From: an uncultured Bacteroidota bacterium
GTDB lineage: Bacteria > Bacteroidota > Bacteroidia > Bacteroidales > P3
Length of the DNA stretch: 64,000 nucleotides
Assembly (NCBI GenBank): GCA_902778925.1
Contig: CACYZN010000021.1
Coordinates: forward strand, 3,847-67,846
Direction: 5' to 3'
Shown: piece by piece, positions 1-9,003 of the stretch
How the letters are laid out: every line of letters begins with the position of its first letter
How positions within the stretch are numbered: the stretch's first letter is position 1
Notes under the pieces: model-generated
Told to the model about the DNA's origin: nothing
The model's database searches: none
The model's input: the letters and a program-made list of their open reading frames with translations, nothing else
Program-made: the position numbers and the translations under genes

Positions 1-513
1 CACGGTGGCCTTCGAGGCGGTGGTCTTCAGCGCCACGCCGAGTATGATGCTCCAGAAGAGGATGGCTATGTAGTTGGCGTTGGCCACGGCGGCTATGGGG
101 TTGCCTACCATCGAGGTGAGCAGGTTGGCAAACACCTCGCCCAGCGAGCCTGCTCCCGCCGCCGGCTCTACGTTGGCGGTGTCGGTCAGCTGTAGGGTGA
201 CAGGGAATGCGAAGCTGCCTACCACGGCACAGACGGCCGCGATGAAGGTGGAGAGCAGGTAGATGGCCACCAGCATGCTGAAGCGGCGCCCCATGCCGCG
301 TCCGGCCTTGGCGATAGACGAGATGACCAGCACGGCCACCAGCACCGGTGCGATGCCCTTGAGGGCGCTGACGAACATGCGTCCCAGGATGGCGATGCCG
401 GACCATTGCGGCAATGTGAGACCCAGCACGGCACCGATGGCCAGGCCTATAAGGATGCGCAGCACCAGGCTTACGGAGGTGTACTTCTTCAGCGCGAGTT
501 TCGGATAGTTCAT
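1..513 (-). CDS. sstT: Serine/threonine:Na+ symporter SstT, N-terminal 171 codons (rest lies beyond the window start)
   Basis: It is not in the ORF track because it runs off the edge. Reverse translation from ATG 513-511 gives MNYPKLALKKYTSVSLVLRILIGLAIGAVLG...MFVSALKGIAPVLVAVLVISSIAKAG...NYIAILFWSIILGVALK. This is colinear with the E. coli SstT N-terminus (DAACS family). Confidence 0.75.
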   Translation of the reverse strand, partial: MNYPKLALKKYTSVSLVLRILIGLAIGAVLGLTLPQWSGIAILGRMFVSALKGIAPVLVAVLVISSIAKAGRGMGRRFSMLVAIYLLSTFIAAVCAVVGSFAFPVTLQLTDTANVEPAAGAGSLGEVFANLLTSMVGNPIAAVANANYIAILFWSIILGVALKTTASKATV

Positions 514-545
514 GGCAGAGAGGTTTCAGTTGAAGGTGAGGGGAA

Positions 546-1253
546 TTAAATAATAGAGAAGGCCACGTCCATCATCTTGGTAAAGGTGGTCTGGCGCTCC
601 TCGGCGGTAGTGGCTTCGCCGGTGAGTATGTGGTCGGATATGGTGCAGATGCCCAGGGCGCGGCGCTTGGCATAGGCGGCGTTCATGTAGAGCATGGCTA
701 TCTCCATCTCGATGGCCAGCACTCCCATGCTCTGCCAGCGGTCGTTGTGGGGGTTGGCGGAGTAGAAGGTGTCGCTCGACATCACGTTGCCCACCTGGTG
801 GCGGTAGCCCATGCGCTCGCAGGCTTCGACGGCTCGGCGTGCCAGCGCGAAGTCGGCGATGGGGGCGAAGGTGCCGGGCAGCTCGTATTGGGCAGCGTAG
901 TTGGAGTTGGTGCAGGCACCGGTGGCCACCACAAGGTCGCCCACGTGCAGACTCTCCTGTATGGCGCCGGCCGAACCGACGCGGATGATGGTCTGCACGT
1001 CGTAGAAGTTGTACAGCTCGTAGGTATAGATGCCTATCGAAGGGCCTCCCATGCCGTGGCCCATCACACTGATACGCTGGCCGTGGTAGGTGCCGGTGTA
1101 GCCCAGCATGTTGCGCACCTGGTTGAAGAGCACCGGATTGTCGAGGTAGTTCTCGGCCATGAATTTCACGCGCAGCGGGTCGCCGGCCATGATGACGGTA
1201 TCCGCTATTTCGCCTTTCTTTGCCCCGATATGGGGGGTGGGGGTGGTTGCCAT
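546..1253 (-). CDS. deoD: Purine nucleoside phosphorylase (hexameric DeoD type)
   Basis: Translation from ATG 1253-1251 gives MATTPTPHIGAKKGEIADTVIMAGDPLR...RISVMGHGMGGPS...LAIEMEIAMLY, typical of DeoD. The track ORF 546..1367 is an over-extended N-terminus. Confidence 0.9.
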   Translation of the reverse strand: MATTPTPHIGAKKGEIADTVIMAGDPLRVKFMAENYLDNPVLFNQVRNMLGYTGTYHGQRISVMGHGMGGPSIGIYTYELYNFYDVQTIIRVGSAGAIQESLHVGDLVVATGACTNSNYAAQYELPGTFAPIADFALARRAVEACERMGYRHQVGNVMSSDTFYSANPHNDRWQSMGVLAIEMEIAMLYMNAAYAKRRALGICTISDHILTGEATTAEERQTTFTKMMDVAFSII

Positions 1254-1257
1254 ATAG

Positions 1258-3624
1258 TTATTTGTTTTTGATTTCACGCAGACTGACGGCGAAGCCGCCG
1301 CAGGGTGCCATGTGGAGTTTAAGCTTGCTTTTGCTGGTGACGGTCTTCTTGGTGATAGTGTAGCCATAAGGGTTGTAGCCCTCGCTGGCGGCGAGGCCAG
1401 AGGCGTCCTTGGAGTCGCAGTAGAGGGTGGCCTCGTATTTGGTGCCGGGTTTCAGGAAGTCGAGCTTCACCTCCACATCGCGGGCGTTCTCGTCGGTGAC
1501 GCCGCCAATGTACCACACGTCGTGTGGCTTCGCTTGTTGAACGTCGAAGGTGGAAAGAGTGTCGGGTATGTTGTATACGAAGCGGGTGGCGCTGTTGAGC
1601 CCTCCCTGCTTGCCGTCGGGCAGCTGACTTACACCCTCGGCGGCCTTGTTGAGGGTCGCTGTCTTTGGGTGTCGGGCGGTCACGATATAGGCGCCGGGCT
1701 CGGCCATCAGGTAGAGGCTGGTGTCCCAGTCGACGGCCACGTCCTTGATGAACTGGAAGGCGTCCATGTAGGGCTCGTAGTGCTCGGGGAAGTCGGCAGC
1801 CATCTGCAAGGGTGAGTAGAAGGTGACGTATAGTGCCAGTTGGTTGCAGATGGTGATGTTCATCCTATTGCCTTTGGCCCAGGAGACGAACTTGCCCATG
1901 TCGGGCTCGAAGATGCCGGGGGTATAGTCCATAGGGCCGCCCTGCAGGCGGGTGAAGGGCAGGATAGTGGTGTGGCCGGGACGTATGCCGCCGCGGAACT
2001 CGGTGCCCATGGCGCTCTCGTTGCCAATCATGTTGGGCCAGGTGCGGCAGAGGCCGGTGGGGCGCACTGCCTCGTGGGCGTTGACCATGATGTGGTGCTT
2101 TGCGGCCTCGAGCACGGCGTAATGGTAGTGGTTGATGAGGGGCTGGCTGTAGTGGTGCTCGCCGTGGGGCACTATCTTACCCACGTAGCCGCTCTTTACT
2201 GCGTCGTAGCCATACTGGTTCATCAGGTTGTAGGCTTGCTCCATGTGGCGCTCGTAGTTGGTCGTGGCGGAGGAAGACTCGTGGTGCATGATGAGGCGCA
2301 GACCTTTCTGGTGGGCGTAGCGGTTCAGCGCGGGCAGGTCGAAGTCGGGGTAGGGGGTGACGAAGTCAAAGACGAAGTTCTTCTCCTTGCCGTACCAGTC
2401 CTCCCAGCCTATGTTCCAGCCTTCGATGAGGAGAGCGTCGAAACCGTTGGCGGCGGCGAAGTCTATGTATCGGCGCACGTTGTCGTTGTTGGCGGCATGG
2501 CGGCCGTGGGGCTTGCAGTTGGTGTAGTCGGTGGCAGACGGGGCCAGCGAGGGCGGGATGGCTGGGTCGCCCGGCAGGCGTACAGATGGGAAGTCGTTGG
2601 TGTAGGACCAGCAGTTCTTGTCGCTAATCATCTCCCACCACACGCCCATGTACTTCACCGGATGTATCCAGCTGACATCATGCAGCGCGCAGGGCTCGTT
2701 TAGGTTGAGGATAAGGCGCGAGCGGAGCACGTCGGTGGCAGAGGTGCAAACCTGTACCGTCCTCCACGGCGAGTAGCAGGGTGCTTGCAGCCGCCCCACA
2801 TAGCCTGTGGCGTCGGGTGTGAGGTGTACCCTGAGGGAGTATTGTTTTCCCGAACCGGTACCGACGCTGTCGATGTTGAGGTTCATGGTTGGGAAGTCGA
2901 GCACCGCGGCCTCGTGGATGTTGATATATAGGCCTTCGTTGGACTTCATCTGCAGGGCTGTCTGCACGCCGCTCTCGGAGAAGCTCTTCCAAGGCCATCC
3001 GCCGCCTTGCTGCGATTGCCAGTGCAGTCCCTTCACCTGGCTCAGTCGGCTCTCGGTGTAGTTAAACTCCTGGGTGTCGTAGTCGCCGGGGATCCACCAG
3101 GCTGTGTGGTCGCCCGCCATGCGGAATTCCGTGAGTTCGTCGGTGAGCCAGAAGTACACCAGCGAGTTCTCGACGGGCCATTCGTAGCGGAATCCCAATC
3201 CGTCGTCGTACAGGCGGAAGCGTATGAGCATCACCGTCGTCTTGTCGACGCGCTTGCCCTCGTGGTCGAGGTAGTGATCCTGTTCCAGGGTGACGCATAG
3301 CTCGTTGTAGTGGTTGCGGATATTGGCCTCTTCTCCCCATACGGGCTGCCACACTTCGTCGAAGGAGGTGTACCGTTGGTTGGCGATGCGGAAGCCGCTG
3401 GCGAGGTCGTTCTTGCGCCACTCGAGGGTGAAGCCCATCTGCGACGGGAGCACCACGGCGCTGCCGTCGTGCCGCAGCTCGTAGGTCGGCCGTCCGTCGT
3501 CGGCCAGCCAGAAGCGAGCCTGCAGGCGGCCGTCGGGGCTACGCAGCGATAGGGTGTCGGCCTCGGCGGCCGAGACCGAGAGGGCTATTGCCAGGAGGCA
3601 GAAGGCGGTAGTCAGTCTTTTCAT
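1258..3624 (-). CDS. Glycoside hydrolase family 97 alpha-glucosidase (SusB-like), secreted
   Basis: 788-aa ORF with signal peptide MKRLTTAFCLLAIALSVSAAEA. Its size and motifs such as IDFAAANGFDALLIEGWNIGWEDW resemble Bacteroides GH97 enzymes. It lies 4 nt upstream of deoD. Confidence 0.7.
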   Translation of the reverse strand: MKRLTTAFCLLAIALSVSAAEADTLSLRSPDGRLQARFWLADDGRPTYELRHDGSAVVLPSQMGFTLEWRKNDLASGFRIANQRYTSFDEVWQPVWGEEANIRNHYNELCVTLEQDHYLDHEGKRVDKTTVMLIRFRLYDDGLGFRYEWPVENSLVYFWLTDELTEFRMAGDHTAWWIPGDYDTQEFNYTESRLSQVKGLHWQSQQGGGWPWKSFSESGVQTALQMKSNEGLYINIHEAAVLDFPTMNLNIDSVGTGSGKQYSLRVHLTPDATGYVGRLQAPCYSPWRTVQVCTSATDVLRSRLILNLNEPCALHDVSWIHPVKYMGVWWEMISDKNCWSYTNDFPSVRLPGDPAIPPSLAPSATDYTNCKPHGRHAANNDNVRRYIDFAAANGFDALLIEGWNIGWEDWYGKEKNFVFDFVTPYPDFDLPALNRYAHQKGLRLIMHHESSSATTNYERHMEQAYNLMNQYGYDAVKSGYVGKIVPHGEHHYSQPLINHYHYAVLEAAKHHIMVNAHEAVRPTGLCRTWPNMIGNESAMGTEFRGGIRPGHTTILPFTRLQGGPMDYTPGIFEPDMGKFVSWAKGNRMNITICNQLALYVTFYSPLQMAADFPEHYEPYMDAFQFIKDVAVDWDTSLYLMAEPGAYIVTARHPKTATLNKAAEGVSQLPDGKQGGLNSATRFVYNIPDTLSTFDVQQAKPHDVWYIGGVTDENARDVEVKLDFLKPGTKYEATLYCDSKDASGLAASEGYNPYGYTITKKTVTSKSKLKLHMAPCGGFAVSLREIKNK

Positions 3625-3685
3625 ATATGTATGGCGTTTATCTGTTTAACAAAAAAAGAGGAAACGTTGCTTGTTTCCTCTTTCG

Positions 3686-3762
3686 TGGTGACTCCTGCAG
3701 GATTCAAACCTGCAACCTTCTGATCCGTAGTCAGATGCTCTATTCAGTTGAGCTAAGGAGCC
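3686..3762 (-). tRNA. tRNA-Arg (anticodon ACG), CCA encoded
   Basis: The reverse complement reads GGCTCCTTAGCTCAACTGAATAGAGCATCTGACTACGGATCAGAAGGTTGCAGGTTTGAATCCTGCAGGAGTCACCA. It folds as a cloverleaf: acceptor GGCTCCT/AGGAGTC, anticodon stem TCTGA/TCAGA with loop CTACGGA, and a GGTTTGAATCC T-arm. Confidence 0.9.
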
Positions 3763-3801
3763 AATCCTTGTTTCGGGCTTTCCTCTCCCCGAAAGCGAGT
3801 G

Positions 3802-3809
3802 CAAAAGTA
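3802..3809 (-). promoter_or_regulatory. Bacteroidota sigma-A -7 box (TACTTTTG) upstream of tRNA-Arg
   Basis: Plus strand CAAAAGTA is TAnnTTTG on the minus strand, about 40 nt upstream of the tRNA 5' end. Confidence 0.45.
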
Positions 3810-3914
3810 CGAACTTTTTTGATACCGACCAAATTATTTTTCAAATATTTTTCTGCACCCGTTATAGAGGTTTGATATGTAGTGCGTTGTGTGATGCCGA
3901 ATTTTTTGTCTTTC

Positions 3915-4433
3915 CTACTTTATTCCGTACACTTCGCGGTATAAAAGGTCTTTTATTTCGTTAAATTCGTCGTCGTCGAGTTCATATTTCGACATTATTA
4001 TCATCGGCACTGTGCGGTTGTCGTTGTGGTACGAGGGTTGCACGTAGGGCTGAGGGTTCTGGAAGAAGCCCATCGAGGCGTAGAACTCCACGCGGTGGTC
4101 GGCCTCTTCGGTGTCTGGGGGCTCCACTTCGAGCACCACTTGCTCTTGCTGTTGCGAGAGGAAGGTGAGGAATGCTGCTTTGCCAAGGCCTTGGTTGCGC
4201 AGTTCTTCTGCTACGGCGAAGTGCTCGACGTAGACTAGTTCGTCGAAGGTCCAGTAGGTGAGTATGCCTACGGGTTCGTCGCCGTTTTCGGCCACGAGGA
4301 AATGGAATTTGCCGGCATCGCGCTGCCGGAGACTACTGAAAGGGGGGCGTTCCTGTTCCGGGAATGCCTCTTCGAACAGCTCTTGCGCAAAGTGTGCGTG
4401 GTCGCTGTCGGCCAGTTTTGTAAATGTTATCAT
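3915..4433 (-). CDS. GNAT family N-acetyltransferase
   Basis: 172 aa. The acetyl-CoA binding motif region is VAEELRNQGLGKAAF. Its ATG overlaps the upstream stop (ATGA at 4430-4433). Confidence 0.8.
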   Translation of the reverse strand: MITFTKLADSDHAHFAQELFEEAFPEQERPPFSSLRQRDAGKFHFLVAENGDEPVGILTYWTFDELVYVEHFAVAEELRNQGLGKAAFLTFLSQQQEQVVLEVEPPDTEEADHRVEFYASMGFFQNPQPYVQPSYHNDNRTVPMIIMSKYELDDDEFNEIKDLLYREVYGIK

Positions 4434-5320
4434 ATCTTGAAGTTGTTCATTTCTATTCTAATGCCAAGCATGTGGTGCCATCCCCAGGCGGTGTAGCCTT
4501 TGAGGACGGTTTTGGTCTGGTAGCAGGTGTAGCCCACTTTGAAGGCTCCGATGCCGTTGACGCGGTAGCCGAGCAGCAGGCTGGAGAAGACGCCGTAGCC
4601 GATGCCGCCCTGCGGCGGGTTGTTTTCGTAGGCTGCCACCCCGGCGTCGGGGGTGCGGCCGTCCCAGCGGTCGAGTATGGAGTAGGTCTGGCCGCCGATC
4701 TGCATGATGTTGTCTTGCACCTGGGTGTTGACGAGTGTGGCGCCGAGGTCGAGCTCGAGTTCGAGGGTGGGGGAGAGTGGCACGGTGCGGGTGAGTGCGA
4801 GGTCGATGTTGATGCGTTTCTCGCGGCCCATGATTTCGCAGGGTATGTACTGGTTGGTGCCGGGCAGGCTGGCGCCGTTGGCGGCGCTGAGGTTGAAGCC
4901 GCCGATGGCTTGCAGGCGTGCCAGGTCGAAGCGCAGCAGCCATCCGAAGCCCGAGGCGTAGTCGTAGCGCAGGCCGACCCCTATCTGGTACGATGTGCGG
5001 TAGTACATGCGCTGCGAGTATTCGACTACCTGCAGCTGGTTGTAGCTGCCTATGGCCGAGGGCGAGATGAGGCCTTGCCCCACCAGGTTGTTCCAGATGG
5101 CGGTGCCGTAGGTGTTGCTGTGCAGCACGCGGTTTATGGTGTTGACGTTTTCCGGGCTGCCGTTGTAGAAGTTGGCTGTGATGTTGCTGGCCCAGTAGGC
5201 GCCAGCGTTGGCAAACACCGAGAGGCCTGTGTAGTGCGTACTACTCGGAGGCTTGCCGTCGTCGGCGATGGCCGATGTGGCAAGCAGCAGTGCGGTGAGT
5301 GTGAGTACGGTGTGTTTCAA
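4430..5320 (-). CDS. Putative outer-membrane beta-barrel protein (hypothetical), TTG start
   Basis: The only start giving a signal peptide is TTG 5320-5318 (LKHTVLTLTALLLATSAIADD). It overlaps the sigma-factor stop by 2 nt. The protein is rich in alternating aromatic/Gly beta-strand-like segments. The upstream part of track ORF 4430..5686 is Arg/Pro-rich junk. Confidence 0.55.
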   Translation of the reverse strand: MKHTVLTLTALLLATSAIADDGKPPSSTHYTGLSVFANAGAYWASNITANFYNGSPENVNTINRVLHSNTYGTAIWNNLVGQGLISPSAIGSYNQLQVVEYSQRMYYRTSYQIGVGLRYDYASGFGWLLRFDLARLQAIGGFNLSAANGASLPGTNQYIPCEIMGREKRINIDLALTRTVPLSPTLELELDLGATLVNTQVQDNIMQIGGQTYSILDRWDGRTPDAGVAAYENNPPQGGIGYGVFSSLLLGYRVNGIGAFKVGYTCYQTKTVLKGYTAWGWHHMLGIRIEMNNFKI

Positions 5321-5925
5321 ATCAGGCTTTCTTTGTCGTGTTTCATGGTTGCCGCGAGGAGGTCTTTGGCGCGTGCCAGGCGCACCTTGACGGTGCCGAG
5401 GGGTATGCGCAGGCGCGAGGCTATCTCTTCGTAGCTGAGGTCGTCGTAGTAGCGCAGGCGGATGATCTGGCGGTAGGGCTCTTTCAGCTGGTCTACAATC
5501 TGCGTCAGGTTCTGGTCGCGCTCCATGCGTATCATCCGTTCTTCGGGGTTGGGTTGGCCCGAGGGTATCTGGTATTCCACGAAGTCGCCGTCGGGGTTGC
5601 GTTCGGCCGTGCTGAGGGGCACGGTGTCGACGCGCTGGCGGCGGCGGTGGTCGATGTAGGTGTTCACCCCGATGGTGTAGAGCCACGAGGCGAAGCTGCC
5701 CGTGGGGGCGTAGCGGTGCAGCTGGAGGAAGGCTTTGCCGAAGGTCTCTATGGTGAGGTCGGCGGCGGCGGTGGTGTTGCGCGTCATGCGCAGCAGCAGC
5801 AGGTAGAGCGGCTCGCGGTAGGTGGCCATGAGGTCGGCATAGGCCTTGTGGCTGCCTTGTTCGCGGGCGGCACAGACGAGCTGGTAGTCGTGCTGTATGC
5901 GTTCGGTTGTCGCTGCGGTTTCCAC
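5317..5925 (-). CDS. RNA polymerase sigma-70 family factor (ECF-type)
   Basis: 202 aa. Region 2 is ADLTIETFGKAFLQLHRYAPTGSFASWLYTIGVNTYIDHRRR. Region 4 HTH is LSYEEIASRLRIPLGTVKVRLARAKDLL. Confidence 0.85.
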   Translation of the reverse strand: METAATTERIQHDYQLVCAAREQGSHKAYADLMATYREPLYLLLLRMTRNTTAAADLTIETFGKAFLQLHRYAPTGSFASWLYTIGVNTYIDHRRRQRVDTVPLSTAERNPDGDFVEYQIPSGQPNPEERMIRMERDQNLTQIVDQLKEPYRQIIRLRYYDDLSYEEIASRLRIPLGTVKVRLARAKDLLAATMKHDKESLI

Positions 5926-5928
5926 TGC

Positions 5929-7110
5929 TTATTTTTTGAACTTCCTGTTGCTCTGTAACGGCAAAAGTATCAAAATAGTATTTGCCACCATAAAATAAAG
6001 TTCAAAAATGGGAGCGGCGAAGTGTATGTAGCCTCCGTCGAAGCGGTGGGTGAGGCGCGAGAAGCTCACTATCTGCCATGCCCATTTCACTATGGCACAG
6101 GTGGCTACGACTATCCATGGCAGGCTGCCCTGCACCAGCAGCAGTGCCCCGGCGCAGTAGAAGAGCAGGTTGGCCAGCGGGGTGAGCTGTTCGTTGAACC
6201 GGCTGCCCAGCGAGTGGCGGCGGCGGGTGGCTACGCGGTGCACGCGGTCTTCGTGCCACAGGGCGAAGGTCTTCTTGGCCTCGACCGAGAGGCAGGCGTC
6301 GCTGTCGATGCAGATGGTCGTGTTGTCGCGGTCGGCGTTCTGGTACACGAACAAGTCGTCCGAGCCGTCGGCCACGTCGTAGTGGCGTATGAAGGCTCCT
6401 TGTTTGAAGAAGAAGGAGCGGCGGTAGCTGAGGTTGCGGCCCGAGCCGGTGTAGGGGTGCCCCAGCAGGGCGTTGCCCAGGTACTGCGAGCCGTAGGCCA
6501 GCGCGTCGTATTGCTGCAGGGCGCCCAGGAGGGTCTTGGTACGCTTCACGCCGCAGTAGCCCAGCACTATCTGCACGGGCTTCTGTGCCTGACCTTTGTG
6601 GCTTTTGGCGTCGGCGCGGAAGTAGCCGCGCACCATGCCGCGCAGCCACATCAGGTTCTTGGGCGTGCAGTCGGGGTCGGCCAGCAGCAGCACGTCGTTC
6701 TTGGCGCTCTTGATGCCTATGGACAGCGGGTATTTCTTGCCCTGGAACAGGTTGACGTCCTCCTTGAAGGGCACCACCTTCAGGTGGGGGTAGTAGTCCC
6801 GCAGGGTCTTCAGCACGTATGGCGTGTCGTCGTGGCTCAGGTAGTCGACCACCACTACTTCGAAGTCGGGATAGTCCTGCTCGAGCAGGTATACCAGGTT
6901 CTCTTTCAGCCACTCCGAGTCGTTGTGGGCCGTCAGCACGATGCTCACCGGCGGCAGGGGGTGCTCCTCGCTCAGGTTGTGGTGCTTCCACCGCCCCACG
7001 CGGAAGTGGTACAGACCATAGTAGATGGACAAATACGCCAGCCCCGCTAGCATGGCCACGGTAAGCACAATGGCGTATGTATCAGTTACAAAGTTGCTAA
7101 AGTCGAACAT
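5929..7110 (-). CDS. Family 2 glycosyltransferase, membrane-anchored
   Basis: 393 aa. An N-terminal TM segment is followed by VSIVLTAHNDSEWLKENLVYLLEQDYPDFEVVVVDYLSHDDT and LLLADPDC (GT-A fold, DxD-like). C-terminal TM helices are present. Confidence 0.8.
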   Translation of the reverse strand: MFDFSNFVTDTYAIVLTVAMLAGLAYLSIYYGLYHFRVGRWKHHNLSEEHPLPPVSIVLTAHNDSEWLKENLVYLLEQDYPDFEVVVVDYLSHDDTPYVLKTLRDYYPHLKVVPFKEDVNLFQGKKYPLSIGIKSAKNDVLLLADPDCTPKNLMWLRGMVRGYFRADAKSHKGQAQKPVQIVLGYCGVKRTKTLLGALQQYDALAYGSQYLGNALLGHPYTGSGRNLSYRRSFFFKQGAFIRHYDVADGSDDLFVYQNADRDNTTICIDSDACLSVEAKKTFALWHEDRVHRVATRRRHSLGSRFNEQLTPLANLLFYCAGALLLVQGSLPWIVVATCAIVKWAWQIVSFSRLTHRFDGGYIHFAAPIFELYFMVANTILILLPLQSNRKFKK

Positions 7111-7133
7111 TGTTGCACATCAGTTTCAGCGTA

Positions 7134-7141
7134 CAAAAATA
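7134..7141 (-). promoter_or_regulatory. -7 box TATTTTTG for the GT2-sigma-OMP-GNAT operon
   Basis: Plus strand CAAAAATA lies 24 nt upstream of ATG 7110. Confidence 0.45.
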
Positions 7142-7382
7142 CACATTATTCCGCATCCCCGCCGGCCGCCGATGTTTAAAATATCAACATTTATTCAACA
7201 CCTCCGCACTCCGCTGCCCCCGCCGCCCCCCGTCGCCGTCGGCCCGGCACCCCCTGCGGTGCCAGAAATGTGCCTTTCTTAATACTATTTAACTTAAACC
7301 TTAAAGGATTTAGGATTTCGGTCGGATTTTGACCCCTTCGTAACCGGTTGATACCCAGCTCTGCCAGCCTTCTTCTCCGGAT

Positions 7383-7483
7383 CCCCTCCGGTATTTCTTA
7401 TGTACTTCTTATGTATTTCTTATGTATTTCTTATGTTTTAAACATAAATACAACATAAGATATACATAAGAACGACATAAGAG
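7383..7483. repeat. AT-rich palindromic element built from 11-bp units, copy A (TTCTTATGTA family)
   Basis: CCCCTCCGG then TATTTCTTATGTACTTCTTATGTATTTCTTATGTATTTCTTATGTTTTAAACATAAATACAACATAAGATATACATAAGAACGACATAAGAGA. It is near-identical to the copies at 39291-39383, 63583-63680 and (inverted) 50175-50278. Confidence 0.9.
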
Positions 7484-7514
7484 AAGTTTTTTTTGCCGTG
7501 TCGGCGAAAAGGTG

Positions 7515-7522
7515 TATCTTTG
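7515..7522 (+). promoter_or_regulatory. -7 box TATCTTTG for nfo
   Basis: TAnnTTTG match 46 nt upstream of ATG 7568. Confidence 0.45.
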
Positions 7523-7567
7523 CACACGAAAACGATACCGTATTACGAACATATCAACACCAGAATC

Positions 7568-8407
7568 ATGACGAAATACATCGGCGCCCATGTGAGCGCA
7601 TCGGGGGGCGTGGGCAACGCCATACTGAACGCCGAGGCCATCGGGGCCAACGCCTTTGCCTTGTTTACCAGAAACCAGCGTTCGTGGGTGAGCAAACCGC
7701 TGCCGCAGCTGGAGATCGACGGCTTCCGGGCCCTGCTCGTCGACCGCGGCTTCAGTCCCAAATACGTGCTGCCGCACGACAGCTACCTCATCAACCTCGG
7801 CTCGCCCGACGAGGAGACGCTGCAAAAGAGCCGCGCCGCCTTCCTCGACGAGATGACGCGCGCCCAGCAGCTGGGCCTCACCATGCTCAACTTCCACCCA
7901 GGCAGCCACCTCAACAAGATAAGCGAGGAGGAATGCCTCGACCAGATAGCCCGCGAGGTGAACCTGGCCCTCAGCAAGACCGAGGGAGTGACGGCGGTCA
8001 TCGAGAACACTGCCGGACAAGGCACCAACCTCGGCTGGAAGTTCGAGCACATCGCCCGCATCATAGCCGGCATAGACGACAAAGCCAGGGTGGGCGTCTG
8101 CATCGACACCTGCCACACCCTCGCTGCCGGCTACGACCTGAGCACCGAGATGGGCTACATGTTCTGCTTCGAGGAGTTCGACCGCCTGATAGGGCAGCAG
8201 TACCTCCGCGCCATCCACCTCAACGACAGCAAGAAAAACGCCGGCAGCCATGTGGACCGTCACGAGGTGCTGGGCGAGGGCTTCCTCGGCAAAGCCTTCT
8301 TCAGCCGTTTCATGCACGACCCCCGCTTCGACGACATGCCCATCATCCTCGAGACCCCCGACCCCATGCGCTGGGCCGAGGAAATCAAATGGCTGCGTTC
8401 ACTATGA
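7568..8407 (+). CDS. nfo: Endonuclease IV (AP endonuclease)
   Basis: [14 protein letters not shown]...NFHPGSH...VIENTAGQG...[13 protein letters not shown]...IHLNDSK...[11 protein letters not shown] are canonical Nfo metal-binding motifs. The upstream part of the track ORF is not coding. Confidence 0.9.
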   Translation: MTKYIGAHVSASGGVGNAILNAEAIGANAFALFTRNQRSWVSKPLPQLEIDGFRALLVDRGFSPKYVLPHDSYLINLGSPDEETLQKSRAAFLDEMTRAQQLGLTMLNFHPGSHLNKISEEECLDQIAREVNLALSKTEGVTAVIENTAGQGTNLGWKFEHIARIIAGIDDKARVGVCIDTCHTLAAGYDLSTEMGYMFCFEEFDRLIGQQYLRAIHLNDSKKNAGSHVDRHEVLGEGFLGKAFFSRFMHDPRFDDMPIILETPDPMRWAEEIKWLRSL

Positions 8408-9003
8408 AACTACACCACGATACCTTGCCGCACATGTTGGCAATAATAACGCTGCTGTTATGTTGCCACAGTGCCTCAGCACAGGGTATCTACACGCCCG
8501 GTCGTGAATTCGTCTATGGGGTGGTATATGTCAACGGTAACGATACTACCCGTAGTTTTATCAGCCTGCAAGCCATTGACAGCGTATGGGAATTCGACAA
8601 CAGTCAACGTGTGCTCCGCTACAACCGATGGCCTTTGGACGGCGTTATGGAAACCACGGGATATATAGAGAACGAAAAGACTGTCTGGCTTCATCCTCCA
8701 CGTAGCGGTTACTTCGCCATACTGGAGTACTTTCCCTTCCCCGAGGTGGCATTGCCAATCAAATGCAAACGTAGTTACAGCCGCTGGTTTATTGGGCATA
8801 TCGATTTTCTCGACCGTTTTGCAATCCTGCGGTACAGGATGCACATTGAATGTCACGGCGACACCACCATAATCACCGCACGAAGCCAGTCGGGACGCTG
8901 GAAGGCCACCTACTGCTTCACTCCTACAGAAGGCTTCACCAATATGGAGTTTTCATTCGACAATACTACACTCATTATGACATTAATTGAAATATGTGAA
9001 TAA
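8404..9003 (+). CDS. Hypothetical secreted protein (no recognisable family)
   Basis: ATG 8404 overlaps the nfo stop (ATGA). The signal-like N-terminus is [28 protein letters not shown]. It is the distal in-frame part of track ORF 7498..9003. GC is visibly lower than in neighbouring genes. Confidence 0.55.
   Translation: MKLHHDTLPHMLAIITLLLCCHSASAQGIYTPGREFVYGVVYVNGNDTTRSFISLQAIDSVWEFDNSQRVLRYNRWPLDGVMETTGYIENEKTVWLHPPRSGYFAILEYFPFPEVALPIKCKRSYSRWFIGHIDFLDRFAILRYRMHIECHGDTTIITARSQSGRWKATYCFTPTEGFTNMEFSFDNTTLIMTLIEICE

Noticed and set aside
7246-7263. The hairpin GGCACC-CCCTGC-GGTGCC as a terminator.
   Set aside because: It lies upstream of both divergent promoters, so there is no transcript to terminate. 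It is a short 6-bp stem within a generally GC-rich tract.
7383-7483. An invertible (phase-variable) promoter or a shufflon.
   Set aside because: There is no site-specific recombinase or invertase gene nearby. The inverted arms abut a loop of 1-16 nt rather than flanking a promoter segment of 150-300 bp. The TAnnTTTG boxes lie outside the element.
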